43,365 bases of DNA from a bacterium (GTDB taxonomy: Bacteria; Patescibacteriota; Gracilibacteria; Absconditabacterales; Absconditicoccaceae). A model generated the notes under the pieces. The model made no database searches and had not been told where the DNA came from. It saw only the letters and a program-made list of their open reading frames with translations. Location of the stretch: NCBI GenBank assembly GCA_041831495.1, contig JBHAST010000058.1, positions 1-43,365 on the forward strand, written 5' to 3'. The position numbers were made by a program, and so were the translations under genes. Numbering within the stretch: position 1 is the stretch's first letter; each line of letters begins with the position of its first letter. Positions 11,275 to 20,979 of this stretch are shown here, piece after piece.

Positions 11275-11601
11275 ATGAAGGAAATTAAACTCAGTGAAGA
11301 AAACTACAAAGCACTATTAAAGAGCTTGGCAGTAGGGAATTTTATCTATTGAATTATGTCCGATTGTGTAAGTGATTTTTATAAAAAAGATCTACATGAT
11401 TCTGATGGGCTAATTCACCAAATCCTCAAATATTGTGATGATCCTAAGATAAAAGATGTTTGGGAATGAAAAAATATTTTTAGTGAAGAGTATAGCGAGG
11501 AAATTTTTAATGATGTGATAGAGTATGAAAATTATGTTGTAGAAGATTTAACTGGAATTAATATTGATGAATTAGACAAAGAGATTGATAAATTGAGTTA
11601 G
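11275..11601 (+). CDS. Hypothetical protein (108 aa)
   Basis: ATG 11275 to TAG 11599-11601, open with two TGA read as sense. No recognisable motif. Confidence 0.5.
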
Positions 11602-11625
11602 AATTTTAAGTTATAGATTATCAAT

Positions 11626-11976
11626 ATGCAATTTGCCGAACTAAAAGCGTTTATTCAGCGATTCAAACAGCAAGCTTCCTATGTGGAAATAACAAAAACT
11701 ATCGCTACTGAAAAGGAAATTATTTTTGCTCATAGTCTCAAAATCGGTGAAGAACTCGGAGAGCTCAATGAACAGTTGCTTGGAAAATTCCATCATCAAA
11801 GAAAGGAAAAAGCTGATCGTTTTTCTGATGAAAAGTTGGGTTTAGAACTTGCTGATATTGTACTTTCAACCGCGATGCTTGCCGATGAATTACATCTTGA
11901 TTTAGGAGAACTTCTTAATCAAAAAATGGCTATTTTGAGGAAAAAAATGGAGCAAGCGGATTGAGTAAAGGGGTAG
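11626..11976 (+). CDS. MazG-like nucleotide pyrophosphohydrolase
   Basis: ORF track 11626..11964 plus read-through of one TGA to TAG 11974-11976. Motifs EELGELNEQ and ELADIVLSTAMLADELHLDL match the small all-alpha MazG NTP-PPase pattern. Confidence 0.75.
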
Positions 11977-12068
11977 TGTTTTTTCCCATTTTCCCCTTGA
12001 AAGCTGAGCTTAAATGAGTAGTATATTCTGTCTTGCTAGAATTTTTTGCAAAGATTTTTTTAGTTGAG

Positions 12069-12650
12069 ATGATTTTTCTGATGCGAGCTTCTTTGATAGC
12101 TACTTTTCTTGAGTATAATAGTAAACTTAATCTTTCAGCGATTCGTGATGAGGAAGGGGTTCGTGTGAAGCATATTCAGGATTCTTTGCAACTTTTGGAA
12201 AGCTGACTTTTTGTTCCGTGAAGTTTTGTGATTGATATTGGGACAGGAGGAGGCTTCCCTTTGATGCCTTTGGCTCTGAGCTGTCCAGAATGTCGTTTTC
12301 TCGGTATTGATTCAGTGAGGAAAAAAACGCTTGCGGTCAATGAAATGCTAGCTCAGCTTGGCGTGAAAAATGCAGAAGTGCTTTGGACAAGGATTGAAGA
12401 ATATCAAGGAGAAAAAGCTGATCTCATCACTGCGAGAGCAGTTGCCTATAGTGATAAACTCCTCAACCGATCCTATCCTTTGCTCAAAAAAGGAGGAGCT
12501 TTTGTTTTTATGAAGCAGGAGATTGCTGAAGAAAGGGAGCTTTTGATGGAGCTCTGTAAGAAGTATCATCTAAGATTAGAACAAGAGAGAAAGTATCAGC
12601 TTTTTGATGGGGATATCTCAAGAGTAATCTATGTCTTGAGAAAAGACTAG
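12069..12650 (+). CDS. rsmG: 16S rRNA (guanine527-N7)-methyltransferase RsmG (GidB)
   Basis: HIQDSL, then VIDIGTGGGFPLMPLAL (SAM motif), then ITARAVA. ORF-track piece 12228..12650 extends upstream through two TGA. The start is uncertain: ATG 12069 was chosen, with ATG 12081 as the alternative. Confidence 0.85.
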
Positions 12651-12761
12651 TTCAAATCTTTGGTGTATAGTGTTTATTTTATTCCTGTTTTGTATTTGTA
12701 GTTATGGAAAATCTTTCTTTATAGTCAAATGCCCTTGTTTTTATTTGCTAAAAATATCATT

Positions 12762-13445
12762 ATGAAAAAAACAACAAAAGAATGGCTTATTCAAGCTGGA
12801 CGGAGGAAAGAAGTATTTGAGAGAATCCTCAGAAGACTAAAAGTCATCGTCATTAGCTTACTTTCTCTCCTCGGAATGCTGACCTTACTCCTTTTTGCTT
12901 GTAGTCCTTTTTTTAGAAACTGTTTATCAGAAATTATTGTCAGTAACATTTCGTATTTTAAATATGGATCCCATGAAAAATTCATAGAAAAAGTTTGGAA
13001 TATGGACCTTAAAAATCTTCAAACGGTTGAATACGATAAAGAAGTGGTTATTCCACAAGGGAAGATTGATCAATTAGACCTGACTTTTCTTTCTCCTCTT
13101 GATGGACAGCATGATTTAGAAATTATGATACTTTCTTGAAAAGCTAGTTTAGGATATGTTAGTTATAATCCTAATTATAAATGATTGTTGAACAGTTTCC
13201 CGTATACCGAGCATGCTTTCAAAGTTTTCTGACAAGAGGAAGGAAAGATGGCTTCTTGCCTCCTGATTAAAGAAGGGAAATCTGGATTTTCAAATTGGAT
13301 ATCACCAAAACAAAATCCGAATCATTGTGAAGTCGTTTGGATTAGTGATGCTGCATATCACTCAAAACAGATATTCTCGCTTTCCAGTTTTTCTAAATGA
13401 GGGATGATAGTGAAATTTTCGAAGTATAAAGCTTATGATTATTAG
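12762..13445 (+). CDS. Hypothetical single-pass membrane protein
   Basis: ORF-track 12729..13139 extended through four TGA to TAG 13443-13445. The TM helix is VIVISLLSLLGMLTLLLFA. The start is either ATG 12762 (MKKTTKEW) or ATG 12729. Confidence 0.6.
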
Positions 13446-13547
13446 ATTGAAAATAAATGATATAGAGGTTCAAGTAGGTCTTTCTTTTTGCTTTTTAGGA
13501 GAAAATAGGTATATTCATCTTCCAATTTATCTTGATTAAAAAGCTGA

Positions 13548-15017
13548 ATGAAATTTCATGTGATTACTCTTGGTTGCCAGATGAATTATTCTGATACTGC
13601 CAGAATTACTTCTGTTTTGAAAAACTGTGGATTTTCTCGCGTAGAAACGATCGCTGAGGCAGATATTGTGATTTTTGATACCTGCTCGGTTCGCCAGAAA
13701 TCCGAAGACAAAGTGACATGAAAACTCAAAGAAATCCCGCTGACCAAAAAGGTTTGGATCACAGGGTGCATGATTCAGCACACGATGAGAAATCAGAAAG
13801 TCAGCTCGGCTAGCAAGATACCAGAACAGCTCAAAACCTGAAATTTCTCTGGAGCGATTTTGAGCAAAGAACCAAAAATCGTTGGCTTGACCTCGGAAGA
13901 AATCAATGAGCTCAAAAAAACTGAGACTTCCGATATCGTAGGGATTAACCATACTTTCAATCCGCTTTTTCATTCTCTTTCCCAGAAATGGCCGAATATT
14001 GAGCTCTTTTTCCGTATTGATGATACGGGCTTTTTGCCACTGATGCTCAAGAGATTAGGTTATGAGATTCGCTATGATCAGGAGCTCACCAACGAATATT
14101 CTACGATCATTCCCGAGGGGATCAATTCAAGTATGAATGCACACGACAAAACGGCGTATATCCCGATTTCTAGCGGTTGTAACCAGTTTTGTGCCTATTG
14201 TATCGTGCCCTATGCCCGCGGCCTGGAAAAATGGTTTCCTGTAGAGCAAATCATCAATGAAGCGAAAGTCCACCTTGCAAACGGCGTGAAAGAAATCTCG
14301 CTCCTTGGGCAGATCGTAAATAAACATCCAGATTTTTTGACCATTGTCAAAGAGCTCTTGAAGCTTGAGGGCTTGGAGCGATTGAGATATACTTCTCCGT
14401 ATCCGACCTACTATTCCGATGAGTTGCTCGCTTTGCACGAGCATGAGCCAAAGCTCTGTCCGCATATTCATATTCCGTTTCAGTCAGGTTCTACGCCGGT
14501 TTTGAAAAAGATGTTTCGTGGCTATAGTGCTGAGCAGTGTTATGCGTTCATTGACAAGATCAGGGCTTTGAAAAGACCAATCTCTATTACGACCGATATT
14601 ATCCTTGGATTCCCAGGCGAAACAGAGGAAGATTTCCAAGAAACCCTAAAACTGACAGAATACGGGCGTTTTGATATGATTTATATGGGAATCTATAGTA
14701 ATCGCCCAGGGACTTTTGCAGATAGAAAGTATCCTGATGAGATTCCTTACAAAGTGAAACACGAGAGGCGAAGTAGACTAAACGAACTCTTGCACCGCAT
14801 CTCTGAGCAAAATAATCAAGCTGAAGTCGGAAGCCAAAGAATGATGATGATCAACGAAATTTCAGAGCAGGGCGATCTGTATGGGTATACCGACAATATG
14901 AAGCAAATCACCGTTAAAGCCAACGAAAAAACAAAAAATCTAAAAATCTGAATGATGATTCCCGTTCGCATCACGAAAGGCGTGGTTTTCAAGCTAGAAG
15001 GAACTTTGCTTGACTAG
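13548..15017 (+). CDS. miaB: tRNA-2-methylthio-N6-dimethylallyladenosine synthase MiaB-like radical-SAM methylthiotransferase (489 aa)
   Basis: ATG 13548 gives MKFHVITLGCQMNYSD...DTCSVRQKSEDKV (UPF0004 domain). The radical-SAM motif is SSGCNQFCAYCIVPYARG, and a TRAM-like C-terminus follows. The gene joins the track piece 13860..14951 across TGA codons on both sides. The stop is TAG 15015-15017. Confidence 0.9.
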
Positions 15018-15150
15018 GTATTTCCTTTGTTTTTAGCATTATTCTGAACTCTTGCTTTTCTCGTTGAGTATTTTTTCTTTTGTTTGGGATTAGTTTTTTT
15101 AATCATTATCCTGTGTTTTAAAAGAAAGTAGATATTTTTTTCATTTTCTC

Positions 15151-15179
15151 TTGATTTTTATTATTTTTTTATATATACT
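15151..15179 (+). promoter_or_regulatory. Sigma-70-like promoter (TTGATT, 17 nt, TATACT)
   Basis: -35 at 15151-15156 and -10 at 15174-15179, in an AT-rich spacer about 37 nt upstream of ATG 15216. Confidence 0.45.
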
Positions 15180-15215
15180 TTATACATACATTGCATTTAT
15201 AAATATCGGAATGTC

Positions 15216-15482
15216 ATGATCTTTGAGTATAGTGAAGAAAAAAGACAGAAGCTTATCTCAGAATGAAAGATGGATTTCCTCCTTATTGTAGAGATGATTA
15301 ATCAAGGGAATATCCTTGATGTGAAGCAAAATGAAGTAAAAGGAAGAGAGCATCAAAAAGTTTTTATTCTTCAATATAATGAGTATATACGAGTAGTTCC
15401 TTTCGTAGAGACAGCAGAAAAGATCTTTCTTAAAACAAACTATCCATCAAGAAAACAGACCAAACTTTATCTTTGAAAATAA
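15216..15482 (+). CDS. brnT: BrnT-like (DUF497) toxin of a type II TA pair (88 aa)
   Basis: MIFEYSEEKRQKLISEGKMDF... and C-terminal ..IFLKTNYPSRKQTKLY match the BrnT pattern (FEWDE.K......HG..F ... ISaRkAt..E..Y). There are two in-frame TGA. The gene lies 5 nt upstream of its partner. Confidence 0.6.
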
Positions 15483-15487
15483 TTAAG

Positions 15488-15778
15488 ATGACGAAAAAAG
15501 ATTACCACTTGACTCCTGAGGAGCTTACAATAGAAAAGGAGTTGGATCAGTATGTATCAGTTCCTAATCTAGAAGAAGAGAAAGCGAGATATGCTAAGAT
15601 TGCAAAAGCTACTCTTGCAAAAAAATCTCAAAAAAAAGTGATTACTATCAGACTTCCAGAAGAAGTTATTGGGCAATTTAAGTTGATGGCAGAAGAGGAA
15701 GGAATACCTTACCAAACTCTTATGTCTTCCGTTCTTTATAAAGTTGCACATAAAAAACTTTCTTTGGTTGTAGAGTAG
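15488..15778 (+). CDS. brnA: BrnA-like antitoxin (96 aa)
   Basis: VITIRLPEEVIGQFKLMAEEEGIPYQTLMSSVLYKVA matches the BrnA C-terminal RHH-like motif (..RLd.dvl..fk..a...G.gYQT.iN..L). ATG 15488 lies within ORF-track 15473..15778. Confidence 0.65.
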   Translation: MTKKDYHLTPEELTIEKELDQYVSVPNLEEEKARYAKIAKATLAKKSQKKVITIRLPEEVIGQFKLMAEEEGIPYQTLMSSVLYKVAHKKLSLVVE

Positions 15779-15824
15779 TTTTCTAGTGAAACTTGAAATT
15801 TTTCTAGCTTATATGAAAGAAATG

Positions 15825-16619
15825 CTAATTTTTATCTAGTTTTTTGTTTCTTCGTTTAGTTTTTTTTGCTTTTGGGGCTTTCTTTCCTGTTTGCTCTTTT
15901 TTGTTGGAAGTTTTCTTTGGAGTTTCTTTGCTTTTTGTGCTTTGTCTGTTTATGTTTTGATGCTCAGCGATCTGAGAGAGATTAAAGCAAAGCTCGGAAA
16001 GTAAGTACAAATCATGCCAAGTAATGAGCTTTTCTAGTGCGAGTCCAGATTTTAGGCTCGCAAAATCAATTTCAATCTTCAGTCCATAGTTCTCACTTCC
16101 TTTTCGCTGGCTGATATATTTCGCATAGAGGAAATCAAGGCTGATTTTTGCGGAACCGTTCAGTTTTTGAACTCTTTGAACCTTAGGCGAAAGGATGAAA
16201 TCTTTCTGAATTTCGTAGTCTTCAAGCTTGATAATCAGTCCTGAACTGGTCGTATGATTGAGGACATTTCTGAGGAATCTGATCGTTTGTTCAAAAGGAA
16301 AATACTGATCTTTGAGTGTCGTTTTGAGAAATTCGCGGAAAGCGGCATCATTTTCTATCAGTTCCCTCATGAGCGAAAAAATCCCTCTAAAAGCACTGAT
16401 TTCGGTCAGATAGCCATAGACATTTCTCTGCTGAGGATGCGCGTAAATCGTGCTTAAGAGCCTTTTTATCAGGCTTTCTTTCAGTCCAAAAGAGGAGTTC
16501 CCTCCGGTCATAATCGGCAAATCTATCGCAAGATCAGAGAGGTCGTTTGTCATCATGACTTGTTCCATGAATTTTCCAAGCGACAGGAAATGGTAGTAGC
16601 CTTGGAGAAGTTTTAGCAT
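15825..16619 (-). CDS. Hypothetical protein with RxxxxH (HEPN-like) motif and Lys-rich C-terminal tail (264 aa)
   Basis: Intact ORF in the track. It contains FEQTIRFLRNVLNHTTS, where the Arg is an AGA codon. The last ~45 residues are K/T/S-rich (KSKETPKKTSNKKEQTGKKAPKAKKTKRRNKKLDKN). Confidence 0.7.
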   Translation of the reverse strand: MLKLLQGYYHFLSLGKFMEQVMMTNDLSDLAIDLPIMTGGNSSFGLKESLIKRLLSTIYAHPQQRNVYGYLTEISAFRGIFSLMRELIENDAAFREFLKTTLKDQYFPFEQTIRFLRNVLNHTTSSGLIIKLEDYEIQKDFILSPKVQRVQKLNGSAKISLDFLYAKYISQRKGSENYGLKIEIDFASLKSGLALEKLITWHDLYLLSELCFNLSQIAEHQNINRQSTKSKETPKKTSNKKEQTGKKAPKAKKTKRRNKKLDKN

Positions 16620-16637
16620 GTGATAGGAAAATAAAAA

Positions 16638-18242
16638 TTAAAAAATCTGAACCTTGATCGTAGTGGTATTGGTCATCGGATTGGAAGAAATGCGAGATTT
16701 ATAGAAGATTCCCTTGGCAAAATCCGCTTCAAAACTTCCCTGATCAAAAAGGTCTCCTGAAGTCTCTAAAATCTGCACTTGCTTTGGGAAATAAATGATT
16801 TCCTTGCTTTCTCGCCGTTTGAGGGGTCGCTGAGGATCAGGATTTTTGGGCTGTAAAGCGAGGATATGACGCTCTCTATCAGTCATTTCTACGCCATATT
16901 TCTTTTCCAGTCCTAAGATTCGGTCTTGGTAGGTCTTTGGAATATCCAGCGTATAGCGAATCTGAATCTGATAGATTCACGGCTTCAAACTATCAGTTTT
17001 CAATTTATTTTCATCGGTGGCGAGGATTACCTGCCCTTTTTCATCCAGAATTTCAATCTGTTTTTTCACAAAACCATCGGATTTATTGAACGAAGTATTG
17101 ATATTGAAAAAGTACCAAAAATCTGGGTTATACACGGTCGTTAGATCATAAGACTGCAAGAATCCCCAAAGCTCATCGGAAACATTGGAGAGATAGATAT
17201 TGATAAATCCCTTATGAAGCAGCTCTTGGATACTGTTGATCCCTGCTTTTGCGAGCGAAAGGGCATTGGTTTTCAGGTAGGCTTCTAAATCCTTGATATA
17301 AAGCTCTTTTTTATTGCTCTTGTCCTCGCCTCTGATGAGGTCAATATTCGCATTCACGAACTGCCATTCTCGCGATTTCTCACGGAAAGAAGGTAAAAGA
17401 TAGCTAATAAGCTCAGAATCTAGGAAAATCACACCTTTGATATTTTTCTGAAAAAGCTGATCCCACTTTTCAGGATTGAACATTTGGGCTTTCTTCTGAG
17501 GATCAAAATCGTGATGAAAAATCTTTTCATAAAGGGTTTTCAGATTTTTTCCATCTTTATCAGTAAAACCAAACTTATTTCCTGCGATAAATCCCGCAGA
17601 TTTTGCCCCCAAAAAGCTCCAACTTCGCTCAGGAAGCGGAACACGCGTATTAGGAGCGAGCAAATCAGGAAGATAAGAATCCACGATCTGCAAATCTACT
17701 ACATGCGCACCCGAGAAACTCACGAAAGCGAAAGAACCGAAAAATCCTCCATTAGGGCGGACTTCATTGCTATTTTGGAGCGGAACAAGATAGTTAAAAC
17801 GCTGATGCTTTCCGAGCAGCTCGAAAATTTCCTCTCTCATCGGCCACGCATCATTGAGCATCTGGAAAATCCTCTCATAATTTCCAAATCCGAGTTTTGT
17901 CAGATAAGGTCCTTGCTCTCTCGCATAGTCCCAGAGTTCAGTAAGTTCCTTTTCCTTGGTTTGGAGGACATTCGCTCCTGCCAAATAGTCCTGAATAATC
18001 TCATCAAAAGTCAAAAGCTGACGCGAGATCTCGGGATCAATCAGCCAAAAATAGAAAGCAATCTGATCAAGATCATTAAAAATATCAATTTTATTTGCTG
18101 AAAAAATCCAGCCCGTAATTCTCGCATAGAGTGCAAAAAATGAAAAACTCAGCACCAAAACCGCAATATACACAAAACGAAGCACTAAATTTGTGCCTGA
18201 AAAGCTGGATTTTCTCTGGGCAGTGATTCAGATTTTTTTCAT
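16638..18242 (-). CDS. DUF4012-type membrane-anchored protein (534 aa)
   Basis: Track pieces 16977..18185 and 16638..16886 are in frame across one TGA (16977-16979). An upstream extension through one more TGA reaches ATG 18240-18242 (MKKIGITAQRK...). The N-terminal TM is followed by the ..NSNEVRPNGGFFGSFAF.. motif typical of DUF4012, which is common in CPR genomes. Confidence 0.75.
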
Positions 18243-18472
18243 TTTTGGGTGGGGTTAAACGCCTGAAGTGTAGCATTTTTCGGAAGAAATGCAAGAGGAG
18301 GCTAATTCTCGGAATTTATTTCTTTTTAGAGAGTTTTAAGGGGCAAAGATACTTTTCTTCTTTCTTACAGGAGTTGAGGCTTGGATGACTAAATTTGAGC
18401 TTCTACTTGAACTTTCTTTTCCTTTCACTATAAGCAATCAGATTTTTATTTTTCTTTTTCTTTTATAGTGTG

Positions 18473-19219
18473 ATGAAAAAACTCGTGTTGCTCCGCCATG
18501 GAGAAAGTACTTGGAATCAAGAAAATAGATTTACTGGGCGAACGGATGTTGATCTAACAGAAAAAGGGATTCAAGAGGCGATAAAAGCTGGGAAACTTCT
18601 CAAAGAGCAGGGTTTTCAGTTCAAAAAAGCCTTTACTTCTTACCTTAAAAGAGCGATCAAAACGCTGAATATGGTGCTTGATCAGATGGATCTTGATTGG
18701 ATTCCTGTAGAAAAGAGTCGAAGACTGAATGAAAAACACTACGGAATGCTTCAAGGGCTCAATAAAGCAGAAACTGCGCAAAAATATGGAGAAGAACAGG
18801 TTCTTGTGCGAAGAAGAAGCTATGATGTTCCTCCAACTCCGCTTGAGAAGTCAGATACTCGTTCTCCTTTCCAAGATCCTCGCTATGCAGAGGTGGCAGA
18901 AGCAGATTTGCCCCTCACCGAGTCGCTTAAGGACTGTGTTGCTCGTATTTTACCCTACTGGAAAGCGCAAATTTTGCCGACTTTAGCTCAAGAGGGAGAA
19001 ATTCTGGTTGCAGCACATGGAAATAGTCTGAGAGGGATTATCAAGGTCATCAAAGGGATTTCTGATGAGGGAATCGTTAGTCTTAATCTCCCAACGGCAG
19101 TGCCTTATGTTTTTGAGTTTAATGATGAAATGGAACTTGTAAAGGATTATTTTCTTGGAGATCCAGAAGAGATCAAAAAACTGATGGATGCTGTCGCAAA
19201 TCAGGGGAAAAAGCAGTAA
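18473..19219 (+). CDS. gpmA: 2,3-bisphosphoglycerate-dependent phosphoglycerate mutase
   Basis: [32 protein letters not shown] and AAHGNSLRG give near-full-length colinearity with dPGM. The three CGA codons fall on the invariant Trp positions (see findings). Confidence 0.95.
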   Translation: MKKLVLLRHGESTWNQENRFTGRTDVDLTEKGIQEAIKAGKLLKEQGFQFKKAFTSYLKRAIKTLNMVLDQMDLDWIPVEKSRRLNEKHYGMLQGLNKAETAQKYGEEQVLVRRRSYDVPPTPLEKSDTRSPFQDPRYAEVAEADLPLTESLKDCVARILPYWKAQILPTLAQEGEILVAAHGNSLRGIIKVIKGISDEGIVSLNLPTAVPYVFEFNDEMELVKDYFLGDPEEIKKLMDAVANQGKKQ

Positions 19220-19663
19220 TTATTCCTCTCTGCCTTGGATTACTTTTTTAATATCTCCGAGGCGATAGCCTTTTCTCATCAGCTTTTGAATGATTTCAAA
19301 TCCCTCAACGCCCTTTTTCTTGTATTGTCTGATTTCTTTTTCTATACCTTGCAAAATTCCTTCCTGAATATCTTCAGCATATTTTTCCATAAGCTGAGCG
19401 AGCAAAGCTTTATCAATACCTTTGAGTTCCAGCTTTTGTTTAATCACAAAAAGTGGCTTTCCCTTTCTGATTACTTCGCTATTAAGATAACTTTCCGCAA
19501 AAAGCTGATCATTCACAAAGTTTTCAGCCTTTAATTTTTCTAAAGTTCTCATCACCATTTCAGAATCATAGCCTTGTTGATAAAGTTTAATCCTAAGTTC
19601 CTTTTCAGTTTTTGGGTATTTACTGATGAGAGTTATCGCATATTCATAACAAGATTTTGCCAT
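19220..19663 (-). CDS. recX: Recombination regulator RecX
   Basis: 147-aa ORF with three-fold helical repeats typical of RecX (..EKELRIKLYQQGYDSEMV..L.KLKAENFVNDQLFAESY...). Confidence 0.75.
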   Translation of the reverse strand: MAKSCYEYAITLISKYPKTEKELRIKLYQQGYDSEMVMRTLEKLKAENFVNDQLFAESYLNSEVIRKGKPLFVIKQKLELKGIDKALLAQLMEKYAEDIQEGILQGIEKEIRQYKKKGVEGFEIIQKLMRKGYRLGDIKKVIQGREE

Positions 19664-19666
19664 TGA

Positions 19667-20134
19667 TTAAGATTGAAAATATAAATGTTCATTTTCTAAA
19701 AATGTATTTCGTGCAATTTTAACCGCTTGTGGAGTGATTTTTGATAGTACTGCTTCTTTTGCTTCCCAAGTGATGCTGAATTCTCATATTTGTTGCTCTA
19801 AATCAAACAGCTCAGCAAAAAAGAAATGAGATATAGAATGCAAATTAAGATCCTGCTTTTGCTCATACCTTTCAAGGTGAATAATTACCTGCAGATTTTT
19901 AATCTTCTTAATATGAAGAAATCAGACCTCTTCTTTAATCTCTCTTTCAACTGCTTGTTCTAAGCTTTCTTCTTCAATTCATCATCAAGGGACGGTAATG
20001 CCATATTTTTCTTCAATGAGGGCAAATTTTTCTTGACTTGGATGCTTTAAAAAGCAGGCAACTCTTTCTCTAGTCGTTCGTTCCTTTCAATTTTGAGGGG
20101 GCTGAAGTTCCGATACAATCCTGATCTTTTGCAT
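19667..20134 (-). CDS. Nudix hydrolase (155 aa)
   Basis: Hand translation of the minus strand gives the Nudix box VPGGGIEEEESLEQAVEREIKEEVG. The GGG is three consecutive TGA (19979-19987). This gene is absent from the standard-code ORF track. Confidence 0.85.
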
Positions 20135-20976
20135 TACAACAATTCATCAAATAAAGCTCCGACCTCACCAAAATCTCCATCGCCGATGAGAACGAGATCA
20201 AAAGCTTCTTCGTAAGTCTTAAGAAGCTCAGGAGTTTCAGAAATCAAAATTCAAATTTTAAGCACAGTTTCATGAGAATTTCCCTGTGCCATTTGAGCAT
20301 CACCAAGCCCATCACCGATCACGATAACATTTTTTCTCTTCTCAAGCTGACTTTTCAGTTCAGGGAGTTTAGAAAAAACTCATTCATCTTTATTGAGTGC
20401 ATGAATAATTTCTCCTTCAATACCTTTCGCAACTCCCTCTTCATCTCGGATAAAATGGTTGATAACATAAGAAATATTAGGAAAATCGCATTGATTATGC
20501 TGCATAAAAAGCGGAATTGCATCTCCACAACCGCTTGCAGAAAAAATCACAATCGGGATTCAGCTTTCATTCAATTTTTTGAGGCAATCCTTCACACCAT
20601 TTCTGAGCTGAAGATGCCCATTAGTTGCGATATCTTTAAGATCTGAAAGTCTAAGTTTTGAATCAATCAAAAGCTGATCATGCTTTTCTCGCCATTCCTG
20701 CATTTGAGCTTTTTTGTATTCTAAGTCTAATGCTGGATTACATTCTATAGCATGATAATGATCAAAAAGTGCATGAGCTTTTTCTGCATAATCGTCGGTC
20801 AAATGATTACCATCTCTCAAAAGTGAGATAATACTCGGTGTTTTTTTCCCATTGAAAGTACCATAAGTAAGCGTTCTATCAAAATCAACAAGAATATAGG
20901 AAAAGTTCTTCCCAGCCTGTTGAATTATTCTCTTTTTCTGGGCAAAAAGTTCTGGATTTTTGATACGAACTTGCAT
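20134..20976 (-). CDS. HAD-superfamily pyrimidine 5'-nucleotidase (UMPH-1/NT5C3-like), 280 aa
   Basis: Motifs are DFDRTLT (motif I), FSASGCGD, GDGLGDAQMA and FI.DEEGVAKGIEGEIIHALNK (compare NT5C3 [23 protein letters not shown]). Track piece 20560..20976 extends through three TGA. The stop TAA overlaps the Nudix ATG (TAATG at 20132-20136). Confidence 0.75.
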
Positions 20977-20979
20977 TGA

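Noticed and set aside
13536-13973. 145-aa minus-strand ORF in the track
   Set aside because: It lies antisense to the well-supported N-terminal UPF0004 domain of miaB (13548 onward), so it is a shadow ORF.
17484-18101. 205-aa plus-strand ORF
   Set aside because: It is antisense to the DUF4012 gene, whose conserved E.RPNGGF motif is on the minus strand.
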